DNA of 64,000 bases from contig NC_043004.1 of NCBI RefSeq assembly GCF_006345805.1, positions 100,006,001 to 100,070,000 on the forward strand. Direction: 5' to 3'. The position numbers were made by a program, and so were the translations under genes. Source of the DNA: Octopus sinensis (Eukaryota). The notes under the pieces were generated by a model. It did not search any database and was not told where the DNA came from. It was given only the letters and a program-made list of their open reading frames with translations. Positions 52,000-64,000 of this stretch are shown here, one piece after another; positions within the stretch are counted from its first letter, which is position 1, and each line of letters begins with the position of its first letter.

Positions 52000-52172
52000 C
52001 ACATTTTTTTCTCTCCTTGTTTCTCTCCTTGTTTTTTCTGTGTACCTTTCTGTTGAAGAGCGTAGGCTCGAAACGTAAAGGACTTTTTCTATTCCTGAGC
52101 GCTATGCTAATACATCTCTTTGTTTTGTACAACACCTGTCTTCGTCTTTTGTTTTTTTCGTAAACTCTCCCT
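52000..52172 (+). mobile_element. Short hammerhead-bearing element (family H1) between (TA)n tracts
   Basis: Close match to 50480-50656. Confidence 0.85.
52046..52081 (+). ncRNA. Hammerhead variant, core CUGUUGA (A6U)
   Basis: cttt-CTGTTGA-a-gagc gtag gctc-GAA-acgt-A-aagg. Confidence 0.75.
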
Positions 52173-52419
52173 ATATATATATATATATCAGTAGAAAATT
52201 TTGCCCAAAAGCACGTTTTCTAAAATCGAGTAATAACTAAGAAATGAAAAATACCGACAAGAGACCAGCATCAGTTTAGTTTAACTTCGGCTCTAATTCA
52301 CCATTATCAATGAGTGGCTGGAACGCAGGAACTCATTATTTATGAAGTAGTTGTGGGCCTACACACGAAACATATGGCTAAGCAAACAATATAATTATAA
52401 GAAATAAAACAGAAGTGTA

Positions 52420-52512
52420 CATGATGACGATGATGATGACGACGATGTGGAGGAGGGGGATCGTTATGATCATGGTGATCATGACGACGACGATGACGAC
52501 GAGGACGACGAC

Positions 52513-52544
<32 letters not shown>

Positions 52545-52545
52545 C

Positions 52546-52581
<36 letters not shown>

Positions 52582-52938
52582 ATGATGATGATGATGATGA
52601 TGATATGATGCTGATGCTGGTGATGATGATGATGATGACGATGATGATGACGATAGAAATAATAACAATAAGAAGAATTAATGACAGTAAAGGAGGAGAA
52701 GGAGGAAGAGGGGGAAGAGTAGGGGGAGGAGGAAGAAGAAGAAGAAGAAGAAGAAGAGGAAGGAGGAGAAGAAGAAGAAGAAGAAGAAGAAGCAGAAGAA
52801 GAAGAGGTAGGAGAACAAGAAGAAGAAGAAGAAGAAGAAGAAGAAGAAGAAGAAGAAGAAGAAGAAGAAGAAGAAGAAGAAGAAGAAGAAGAGAAGAAGA
52901 AGAAGAAGAAGAAGAAGAAGAAGAAGAAGAAGAAGAAG
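52420..52938. repeat. (GAT/GAC)n followed by a long (GAA/GGA)n trinucleotide tract
   Basis: Direct reading; source of the poly-D/E/R/S/L ORFs in the track. Confidence 0.95.
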
Positions 52939-53689
52939 GATCTGTACCAGCAAGTATGAAAAATAAATAGTCGAAAACACAGTCTTGGGATGAGAGAAGA
53001 AAACAGAAGGGTAAGATTAATAAATTGAATTCAAGAAAAAAAGCTGCTGTTTTTTTTTTAAGCCAGAAAATTGAGGCATAAAAAGGTAAAAAGCTGTTAG
53101 TGACAGGTGAGGTTTTATTATTCATCTTATTGTTGTTCTTGTTGTTTTTGTTGTTATGAGAACAACGCTTTCTTTGGCGTCTTCACATATAATGAAATAA
53201 AAACAGTAAACTAGGTAACTTTGCTATATTCAATTACAATACCATTTACTCGGCTTCCAATGAACAAATCAACGTAAAAAAAATATATACCAAAAATAAA
53301 GCTAAAAGAAAAAACAAAAAAAATAATCGAATGCACTAAACTTATGAATAGTACTCAATTATTTTTTTTTTTTCGAAAATCCCCCTCAACCGTTTCCTCT
53401 CCTCCTCCTCTTCCTCCCCTTCCTTCAATTTCTTCAACTTCTACTTCAACGTTATAATCATAATCAGCATAATACCTACCGCCACCTTCGCCATTTACAT
53501 CATTATCATCATCATCATCATCATTATCAACATCGTCATCATTATCAAGATCATTATCATCATCATCATCATCATCTGCAACAGCGGCGGAATCCTCACC
53601 ATCAACGTTTTTACCATTATTATCTTCATCATTATTTTGGTTCATTTTAATCGAAATGTCAAATGCAGAGAAAAGCATTTTGTATTTAA

Positions 53690-54050
53690 AGTTTATGTAT
53701 ACATATATTGTATATACGTATATGCATTATCAACTATATATATATATGCATGTATATGTACGTATGTATATATTATGTATGTATGTCTGTATATATATAT
53801 ATATTGTATGTATGAATATATGTATATTTACGTATATAGATATACACACATACATATACACATATAAATATATATATATATGTATATATACACATATACT
53901 TACATATACATATGTACGGGCACACACACACACCATATATATACGTGTATATATACATACATACACACGCATATATTTATATATATATAAGCATGTATGG
54001 ATGTATCTATGCATATGCGTTTTGTGTATGTGTGTATATACATATGCTAT
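53690..54050. repeat. Compound TA/GT/CA microsatellite
   Basis: Direct reading. Confidence 0.85.
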
Positions 54051-54340
54051 TGATAGCAATTGGTGCTGTTAAATTAGGAAAGAAGTTGAATGGAATTGAA
54101 ATGGAGGTTGCCACCAATATACCGGAATGTTGCGTAAGATACATTGTATTTTCTTTTGATGCAGTTAAGTTATTTCAGTAACATTTAATAAAAGTTTCAA
54201 ATAGTGGCCATAATTTTGTCGCATTTCCAGAGAGCGGTGATGCTGTTATTTTGTCCCAGGTCAAGTTTGATCCATTCAAAATTATGTTGCGTGATATTGA
54301 AGACTTACACATTACGTATATGTATGTATGTGCATAGTAA

Positions 54341-54400
<60 letters not shown>

Positions 54401-54402
<2 letters not shown>

Positions 54403-54600
54403 ATTCAAACAAGAAAACACAAAAAGAGACAGCAACGCGAGGACGTGGAACAAATAAAGTATTATTGGACGCTCAGGAAAGAAGGGAAGAAGGAGGGTTT
54501 AACGTTTCGAGCGGAGCTCTTCGTCGGAAACATAGGAGAAGGAAAGATCCCGAGAAGGGAAGACAGAGGAAAAAAAATCGCTGGTGGTACTCACGAGGTC
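54401..54600 (-). mobile_element. Short hammerhead-bearing element (family H2) ending in (TA)n
   Basis: Homologous to 47832-48030. Confidence 0.85.
54497..54531 (-). ncRNA. Hammerhead variant, core CCGACGA (U4C)
   Basis: gttt-CCGACGA-a-gagc tcc gctc-GAA-acgt-T-aaac: all stems pair. Confidence 0.78.
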
Positions 54601-54763
54601 ACATATTTCTTTACTGCCCACAAGGGGCTAAATGTAGAGGGGACCAAATAGGTCAGACAAAGGGATTAAGTGGATTACATCGACCACAGTGCAAACTTGG
54701 TACTTTATTTATCGACCCCGAAAGGATGAAAGGCAAAGTCGACCTCGGCGGAGTCTGAACTAC
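54600..54763 (-). mobile_element. SINE family B 3' part
   Basis: gattacatcgacc..ggtactt..tttatcgaccccgaaaggatgaaaggcaaagtcgacctcggcgga. Confidence 0.88.
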
Positions 54764-54857
54764 GTATATATATTCATGCATGTGTGTACGTAATAAAATA
54801 AGTATATAGGCACCTACACTGTTTATATATATGCATATGTATATCTATATATATACT

Positions 54858-54926
<69 letters not shown>

Positions 54927-55081
54927 TCGTTTTGCAACATTCATGATGCGAATTTGTGTTGAAACAGATATTATTGTAATTGTATATGGTCATGTTGCCA
55001 GTATAGCCAATGAAAAACACTCACTATATATATTTAATGTTCACGTGCTTCAGCATTATTTTATATTAATCTTATTTCGGC

Positions 55082-55117
55082 GAGAGTTCTTTCGTCACAA
55101 TTCTGTGACCTCATCAG
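55082..55117 (-). ncRNA. Partial hammerhead motif (core, stems II and III; stem I does not pair)
   Basis: CTGATGA-g-gtcac agaatt gtgac-GAA-ag aact ct-C. Confidence 0.5.
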
Positions 55118-55250
55118 TGGTCCATTGCTTTCTTCTTTCTTTTTTGTGTGCTTTTCCTTACTAATAATCAGCCATTTTGTATTCCTATTGTATGTGTAAA
55201 TACATACATACATACATACATACATACATACATACATACATACACACACA

Positions 55251-55287
<37 letters not shown>

Positions 55288-55294
55288 GCGCGCG

Positions 55295-55361
<67 letters not shown>

Positions 55362-55408
55362 CATATTTGTATACATATATACAAGTGTATACAAGCACAT
55401 ATATACAC

Positions 55409-55570
55409 GAGGTGTGGGTGTGTGGTAAGAAGCTTGCTTCCAACCACATGGTTCCAGATTCAGTCCCACTACGTGGCACCTTGGTCAAGTGTCTCCTACT
55501 ATAACTTCGAGCCCACCAAATCCTTGTGAGTGGATTTAGTGGACGGAAACCGAAAGACGCCCATTGAAAT

Positions 55571-55601
<31 letters not shown>

Positions 55602-55832
55602 GCATGAATGTATATATATATGTATATTTATATGTTTATGTGTTTGTGCTTCTCCCCTACCATCGCTTGATAACCGATGTTAGTGTGTTTACGTAGCGTT
55701 TCGGGAAAGAGACCGATAGAATAAGTACCAGGCTTACAAAGAATAAGTTCTGGTGTCGATTTGTTCGACTAAATGATGTGCTCCAGCATGGCCGTAGTCA
55801 AATAACTGAAACAAGTAAAAGAATAAAAGAAT
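55409..55832 (+). mobile_element. Full-length SINE family A, diverged
   Basis: Head, body and tail match the family. Confidence 0.9.
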
Positions 55833-56935
55833 ATCGACATAAGTATATCTATCTATATGTATGCGTGTGTGTGTGTGTGTATGTGATATACCTACGTGTG
55901 AGTGTGTTTCAGTGAGTCAATGTGTGCGCGCGTGTGTATGCACGCGTGCGTTCGAGCATTTATGTATCCTCTTAAATTAAGGGTTTCTACAACCACCAAT
56001 TCGGGTATACGAAGCAATCGCTTGCAAATTATCTAACGCAAAATGACAGTTAACCATTCATCAGAACTGGAACAAAGGTTTGAATACAAGTTCAAAATGT
56101 TTAGCTATTGTCAAGTTTACTGAGTTATTTCTCTATAGAACAACAGTAGAAATGCTGGTACACAGTGTTCTCCAATTCTTTCTCACCAGTGTCAGAACAG
56201 AATGTGAACATCATACACCATACCTCCAGAGAATGTCTTTACTCAGTACAAACAATATCAACATAAAAACGATAAAATCTTTGTAGAAAATTCCCAGAAT
56301 GTTTGATTAGATTTCTGCTTCCTTGGAGAACCATAGGAACCAAAAATTCGAATTTATTTCAAGCTTCTTTCCTGAAGAATTATTTAGTTTCTTTCACACT
56401 GTTCATGACTTGTAAGAAATACATTTATCTTGTTGGAGATTTGTCCGGTAAATAATATTCATAGCAATGGGAGCTGAAATGTTAAATGTTACAAATACAG
56501 AAATGCAAGGTATGTTTGTCGTTGATCTGTTCTGTAGTTATTTCACTCTTGTTGTATGTTATCATGATGTTCTAGACTTTCGCATGTGACTGTACATGTA
56601 CCAGTGTCTGCGTATATGACTATGAGACTATGTATGTGCTTGTGACTTAAATATAATAATTATGTGAAAAAGAATTGTTAGGACGTGCGTATAAACATGT
56701 CACGCAATGTGTGAAAAGATTCAGAATGATGTGGCAATCGGGTGTATGTATCTCTCTAAATTTCTTCCTTTTTCTGTGTATAGTTATGCGTGTTCATACA
56801 CATACACATACTTACACACATATACATTTACATATGTGTGTGTATGTGTGTTTTGTGTGTGTGTAAATACGTATGTACCTATCTGAACACGCACACACAG
56901 CATATATATATATATATATTATATATATATATATA

Positions 56936-57464
56936 CTAGGAAAACGCCCCCCTCCTCCGTCAAATGGACGGTGCTGAGTTGTCAAACATTTAAACCAAAT
57001 TTTCTCAAAACAACTTGTCCGACCGTCTCTCAGGCCTCCCCTTTGAGATTTTTGATGAAAAGCAGCAACCTAGGGAACTAAGAAACCAAATAGTCTTTCC
57101 CTCCTTCATGCCAAGTTTGAAGAAAATATCTCTTTTGCATCTTACTTTTTAGTCTCTTAAATATACTGCATTTTGTGGCATTATTTCAAACCAGCTGGCT
57201 TTTTTTGCGCAAACTGCACATGCATTTTTCTCGCGTACGCGTAGTATCGATCGCAAAAGCTGATGCACATGCGCGTACAACTGAACGTTCCCACGGCTTT
57301 ATCGATCGCACTCTCGCTTGGAATCGATTTTTGTAATTTTTTCAAGACTTATACACGCTCTGATACCGTCGGTATTTAGATATCAAATTTGATCGCAATC
57401 GGATGGAAGATGCCCGAGATCCGAGAAGACACACACACAGACAGAATGGATTTTATATAATAGA
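56936..57464 (-). mobile_element. Small non-autonomous Helitron-like element (about 530 bp)
   Basis: Minus strand begins TC-tattatataaaa, then a (TG) microsatellite; ends with hairpin ccgtc/gacgg (56957-56971) about 17 nt before CTAG|T; lies next to a (TA)n tract. Confidence 0.7.
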
Positions 57465-57663
57465 CATATAATTTGCTCCGCAATCTTTATCTTCATTCTT
57501 CAGTTCGAATTCAGATATCTACTCTATGACTCTGAACTGTTGTGTATATTTGAAAAGCGACGCTGTCCTTCGTTATTTTTATACTCTTACTGCAGGAAGC
57601 TTTTCATTACTTTTATATATTTAAAATGTTTCCCTCATCCCTCTTCTTATGCAAGCTTCAATA

Positions 57664-57880
57664 TATTCTTTTCTACTCTTGGCACAAGGCCCGAAATTTG
57701 GGGGGAGGGAGACAGTCGATTAAATCGACCTCAGTACGCAACTGGTACTTAATTTATCAACCCCGATAGGATGAAAGGCAAAGTCAATCTCGGTGGAATT
57801 TGAAATCAGAACGTAAATACAGACGAAATACCGCTATGCATTACGCCCGGTGTACTAACGTTTCTGCTTGCTCTCTGCTT
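57664..57880 (-). mobile_element. Near full-length SINE family B
   Basis: ggcacaaggcccgaaattt..aactggtacttaatttatc..gatgaaaggcaaagtc..ggaatttgaa.tcagaacgtaa. Confidence 0.88.
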
Positions 57881-58011
57881 TACGTTTCAAATATATTATA
57901 TGGTATATATATATTCGTGTTTACATAAACTCACACCCTCAATCAAATCGAAATTGTCTGTAGAAGTGTGTTATGCGTCACATGTCGAAATGATGGCACA
58001 GTAAGAAGAAA

Positions 58012-58110
58012 TAAAATATTTTCCTCAAGAATACAACGCCCCACCTGGTACGGTAATCGAACGCACAATCTTTTGATCGTGTGTGCAACAGCCTAACCAC
58101 TAGTCTACAT
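58012..58110 (-). mobile_element. tRNA-like SINE head fragment
   Basis: Reverse complement reads tagactagtggttagg..gcgttcgattacc..gcgttgtattcttgag. Confidence 0.6.
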
Positions 58111-59291
58111 GCAGACACACACACAAACACACGCGAATACACACACATATATGTAATATGTGTGTTTGTGTGTCTAATCGCAATGATTCTCACGCCTTTA
58201 TCCAGGGAGTGTCAAGCAAAAAATATCTATAACTGTGAAGATTTTCTTTCGCTCTGTGGATAACATAAAATCTACTTTAAAGATGAATGGAGCCGATACT
58301 AAAAAATTGGAATGGATAACTCTGAATAATACACTACACAGAGAACTACAGCGTCATCAAAGTCACTACCTACCCGTTCAAGAATTCTAGTGGAAGGTTT
58401 CCGCTGCAAGAAATCGAAATATATCGAGAAAGTCGATGCGATTAAGCAACTTATACATTAACATTATAGGAAGAATTGTGACCGTTAACCATATGGTCTG
58501 CTAGAGCTCCTGTCTGTGAGCGAATTTAAAAGCAAGCATTCTAATTGCAGACCTAGTAAAGGTGACCATAAATGTACTGTGCATGCGTAAGATCTTTACA
58601 TTGCAGAAGTGTGTAACGGATTTCATCATGCATAGATATCAGCATTAAAGCTGGATCAGCAGTTTTAGAGAAACAACAATAAAACTCTTCTTGACAATCA
58701 CATTGAATACAGAGGGTTTCAAGTACCGAGACACATTCAGGTAAAGATTTTAAAAGCGTTAAAAAAAGATAGAACAAAATATGTTATGACTGCTGGAAGT
58801 CCCAAGTTAGAATGTTTGTTGATGCTATACTTTTCAGCAAACTAGCCTACAAATTTAGATAAATCTTACTTGAAATCTTACTTACAATGTGAAAAAATGC
58901 ATCCATATCAATTAATTCGCTTATTAGTAAATCATACTCATTTGAAAAAACACGGTGGCCCAATAGTAATAACTGAATCTTCAAAACCAACTTATTTATA
59001 AACTTCATAGTCAGAATCGTATCATAGCGCATAAACCTTCATGAGGAGCAAATTAAAGTCAACGATAATCTATGCCGGATAAACAGAACTTAATACGTAT
59101 TCTCCATTCCACAAACAAAGCATACAGGTATATGTATGAGGGGTGTATTCCACTTCCCTAATTCCGGAGTTATTCTTCCTCAAAATAGTTATTCAAATAA
59201 TACAGCTAAACTATTATACTTACAAGGCGTATGATTCAGTGAAAGCCATACTTCGTGCACACAACCATGAGGTAGTGTGTATCTGTGCATG

Positions 59292-59345
<54 letters not shown>

Positions 59346-59347
<2 letters not shown>

Positions 59348-59500
59348 GTTGAAACTTACAGTAAAACAAAAGATGAGGACGGGTGTATAAACAAGCCAGT
59401 GTGTTAGTTTGACACCTGGGAAGGTGAGAAAGTCGTTTACGTTTCGAGCCTCCGCTCTTCATCAGAAAAGAACACGAGGAAAGAAAAAGAGAGAATATAT
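59346..59500 (-). mobile_element. Short hammerhead-bearing element, sister subfamily of H1
   Basis: Shares gaagagcg.aggctcgaaacgtaaa.gactt and ggcttgttt..tcttttgttt with 50480-50656. Confidence 0.78.
59434..59469 (-). ncRNA. Minimal hammerhead, canonical core CUGAUGA
   Basis: tttt-CTGATGA-a-gagc ggag gctc-GAA-acgt-A-aacg; stem I weakened to 2 bp. Confidence 0.75.
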
Positions 59501-59559
59501 ATATATATATATATATGTAAGTATGTATGTATGCATGCATGTATATAGATAGATAGATA

Positions 59560-59719
59560 AGACGGGCTTCTTTCTGTTTCTGTCTTCCAAATCCAGATGT
59601 AAGACTTTGTTGTGCGCAACGCTATAATAGAAGACAGCTACCCAAGGCGCTACAGTTAAACTTAATGCGGAACCATGTGGTTGGGAAGCTAACTTGTAAA
59701 CACAAAGCTACACCTGCAC
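59560..59719 (-). mobile_element. SINE family A 5' half, degenerate
   Basis: gacgggcttctttc..ccaaatcca..gctataatagaagaca..ggaaccatgtggttgg. Confidence 0.75.
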
Positions 59720-60542
59720 TTATACTGTATATAGTTTGAATATGCTACAAATAGCCTTCTCTTCATCTTTTTTTTTTGCAGACAACATTTCTATAGCTCT
59801 TCAGTTTCAGTGACGACATTAAACATTCTTCTTAGCATAGCTTACAAGTATACGTCTAGTATATATGTTTACTTGTCAAAGTGTGAAGAGAACCAGTCAT
59901 ATGTAGCTAAAGCACATTTGCATGTCACTTACAAATACTTTTCTTGTACTTGTGTTGTCTCATTGCTGTAAGTCACCGCATGCCCGAAAAATATCCATAA
60001 ATACTGCTAAATATAATCAAAGAATAGGAAACAAATTTATGATATCATTAAATATTTGTGGAGGACGATGGGTCCTACAAAAGTAAATGTTTTTGAGATT
60101 ACATTTTGACAAGCGTTAGTCAGAGTTTGCATGCGAAACAAAGGTTTTTTATAGTATGATAACCAAAATGATACTTATTCAGTTTGGATCAATGATCTTG
60201 ATTTTTGAATACCAGTGTACAATGTTGGCATTACTAATATTTGAAAACCCCCATAATATTGCATATTAAATGCTTGCGCATTAGTGTGATAAAATTCTAA
60301 ATGTAAATAGATTTATCTTCATGCTGCAAGTACGTTTTCTGAATCCATATATTTTAACCAATCAGCATTCATCAAATATCTTGATATTCAAAAAAGGAAA
60401 ATCCAAAACTTGATAAAAATCCATTGAAAGTACTAACTCTAAACACCAAGAGATTAATATAATTCGTACACAAAATTTCTCTTCGGTTTCCAACAATGTC
60501 AGACATACAAACCAAATAGCTAAGCATTCCTCAAGTACCAAC

Positions 60543-60601
60543 AAAATATTAACTAAAATATTAACTAAAATATTACTCACCTAAAATATTAACTAAAATA
60601 T
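60543..60601. repeat. Short minisatellite, 12-bp unit aaaatattaact
   Basis: About four copies, one interrupted. Confidence 0.8.
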
Positions 60602-60877
60602 GTATTAAATTTAGTTACATTATATGATATTGCCCTAACACTTGCAAATTGAAATAATAGCAACAGGAGTGCACCAACTGCACGGTAAGTACGTTGCACA
60701 TAGAAAACAATACTATTTCCTTATTTCCTTAATTATTTGAAATCAGCCATGACGCTACTACGGAAGGAATGCAAACGTTCTATCTTTGGGCAATTTATTT
60801 AACAAAAATTTAGCTCATGGCAGAAATATGATATGCCATGTTTATTCATACATACATACATACATACATACATCATA

Positions 60878-60915
<38 letters not shown>

Positions 60916-61602
60916 AACAATGAACAACAAACCCTTCTCCACGTCACAACAAATTCATTTTAAAACAGGACAAAATTAGTGAAGATTTAAACATTCTATG
61001 CACTACACTAAAGTTGATATTCATAAAGAAACCAAACAACAACTAACGCAAACCAAATTAAACTCACCAGGACCTCATACTTACACAAGTCCACTTGACA
61101 AAAAGAAAAAATAGAGAACATCTAGAACATAAGCCCATATAATAGAAAACTCGTTTCCTGCTGACACATGCTCTCATAAAATGCTAATCTTTTGCACTCA
61201 TAGAGTGTTTTGGTATGCAAAAATTATTTGCTCTACTTGCAGTTTTGGTGTCATCTTTCTTTAGCCATCACGTCACTTTTCCTCTCGTTCTTGCTTTTTC
61301 TCCACGATCTCAGGGTCCTCTCTAATCTATCGTTCAGTATGATACATTTCAAACGAAGATTCTACATGATCTATAGATGTCTCTCCAACTCATAACCTTG
61401 ATATCACATCGATCATCTCTCTCATTCTCTTCCTGGACACTAATCTCTCTAAATAATTACTGAAATTCAACGTAAGGTCAAATTTATTCTGTTGTTTGTT
61501 TTGTTCTTCGAAATCTTGACTATAGAGCGAGTGGTAGCGAAAACTTTAACCAAGTACATACATTGACACATTAGTGTACACAATCGAATATATATATATG
61601 CA

Positions 61603-62010
61603 TCTTTTTTTTCTTGTTTCAGTCATTTGACAGCGGCCATGCTGGAGCACCGCCTTTAGTCGAACAAATCGACCCTGGGACTTATTCTTTGTAAGCCCAG
61701 TACTTATTCTATCGGACTCTTTTGCCGAACCGCTAAGTTACGGGGACGTAAACACACCAGCATCGGTTGTCAAGCAATGCTAGGGGGACAAACACAGACA
61801 CACAAACACACACACATACATATATATGTATATATATACATATATACGACAGGCTTCTTTCAGTTTCCGTCTACCAAATCCACTCACAAGGCATTGGTCG
61901 GCCTGGGGCTATAGTAGAAGACACTTGCCCAAGATGCCACGCAGTGGGACTGAATCCGGAACCATGTGGTTGGTAAGCAAGCTACTTACCACACAGCCAC
62001 TCCTGCGCCT
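61603..62010 (-). mobile_element. Full-length SINE family A
   Basis: Complete match to the family. Confidence 0.95.
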
Positions 62011-63559
62011 ATGTATGTATATGTATATATATATATATATATATTGCAATAAATGCATAGAGATAAATACACACACAAGGCCACCGTATTTGGTTGAGGC
62101 TACATTACGCTGAAAATGTCTTGTTTCAGGACTAGAAATTAACTCTTTCCCATTTGCTGAGAAATTCGAAAACTTTAACCAAGCACATACATTGACACAT
62201 TAGTGTACACACTCGAACGATGACCATAAAGTGTTATAATAGATTGGTGTAAGTATACTATATAAATAGTATTTTATGCTGAAATTACTTAGATTATCAC
62301 TGAAATTCATATTTCACCAATTTACTATGATTTGTTTAATACAATACAGCATGCCAAAGGTTATAATCAGAACAAAGCTGTGATCTTTGTATCTCAGAGG
62401 AAATGAATATATTTTTTTCATATAATTTCCATTTTAGATACGCCTTGAGAATTGATATCTACTTACCACCAGAAATAAAGTAATTTTAAATAAATAATGC
62501 ATCGCAAATGAGCAAACGTATTGTACATTAATCCGGGATCAAAGGGAATTAAACATTTTTGTTTTTATTTATCATAAAATATCAATTATTTTAATCTTCA
62601 TATTTTAGAAGAGCTATCTGTATCATCAGAGTCACCCTTGTGGATTTCTGTAATGCGCTCTAGGTATATCAAAAAGTTTCACGTTGTAAACGTCCATTTA
62701 CAAACATTTTAACGTATTATTCTGTTTATCAATACACAGTTTTATTGAATAATTTGCCTGAAATTTTGAAATTGATAAAATTGTAGTTTCAATCCACGGA
62801 ATTTCAGATTAAAATAATATTTATACGGGCATATATGTGAATATAAATAAACACAGACACGCACACACAAACACATACACGTACACAGATATGCGCACGC
62901 ATATTTACATGTAGGTGTATATGGTATAATGTTATACGTGTACATATATGTATATACATCGATATATACATAGATATACGTGTACATATTTAGATAAATA
63001 TCTATATATGTGTGGATGGATGGGTGGACAGATGGATACACATATACTTATAAAGTATTAAATGCACATAGATATGTATGTGTGTGTGTGTGTACGTGTG
63101 TTTGTGTGTGTGTGTGCAAACAAACACACAAATAAATTCTGGATTCCTTTCATGGGAACAGAGTTTATACATACTGAATTAATTACTCAATTACATACAG
63201 TAAATGAAAACGTTTTAGGAGAACGGTGATTCTAACGCAACCATGTTCCTTCTTTTCCATGGATTTTCGTGGATTGGCGAAGTGCATTACTTAGACTAAT
63301 TGTATATGCGTTTGAGGAAGAACCGTATATATCTATTAGAACATATATTAGAATATGAACGATAAATAAATATATATGTGATGGAAATGCCGAAGGGAGC
63401 AATGGTGATTGTGTAGAGTGAAATATAAAATGGAAATATAAACGTAAAGAATATGTGATATAAATTTATATAAATACATAAACGTTTATCCATTTATCTC
63501 TCCGTTATTTACATTTTATATTCTGTTACGTAATTTTTATTTATATCTTTGTTGTCACC

Positions 63560-63650
63560 ATCATTACCATCATCATCATCATCATCATCGTCATCATCAT
63601 CATCCTCATCATATTTAACGGTATTATTATTGTCATCATTATTATCATTA
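63560..63650. repeat. (CAT)n microsatellite
   Basis: Direct reading. Confidence 0.9.
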
Positions 63651-64000
63651 CTATATCTAATAAGCAAATCTTCCCTCTTAATCATAAGAATATCAGAATT
63701 TTTTTTTTTAAACGTAACCTGAAAATTATCTATATTTGCCCCACGAACATGAAAAATATAATGTCGCACACAAGACAAAAGATAAATCATACATCAAAAT
63801 AAATAAATGCCCAGTAGAAAAAAAATCATATAATGCAGAAGCAATAATTTATAAAGCAGATGCCATCTCTACAAAGCACAGAAAACAACAACACATAAAA
63901 CTGAGATCGGTATAGAAAAAGGGAAATTTGATCAAATAGTTTATCCCTGAATATCCTCATTTATCTATGCGCATGAAAAGAACACTAAAAATGGACAGAT

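Overview
This is AT-rich, microsatellite-dense animal genomic DNA. The tRNA-derived SINE families and the (TA)n/(CATA)n load point to a coleoid cephalopod, probably Octopus; this is inferred from repeat content, not verified. I recognise no complete host protein-coding gene, and nearly all ORFs in the supplied track are translations of microsatellites. The window is a mosaic of mobile-element remnants: about 20 SINE copies or fragments, two mariner remnants, CR1 and RTE LINE 3' ends, RLE-type (R4/Dong-like) LINE remnants, a small Helitron, and a frameshifted Penelope-like (PLE) GIY-YIG ORF. The strongest unexplained signal is a set of about 16 minimal type-I hammerhead ribozyme motifs from several distinct short, non-coding, (TA)n-anchored elements. 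Eight of them lie within 47.5-52.1 kb. They include subfamily-fixed catalytic-core variants (A6U, U4C), one copy with a greatly extended stem II, and several inverted-pair arrangements. All alignments and folds were done by eye, so coordinates of degenerate elements are approximate.
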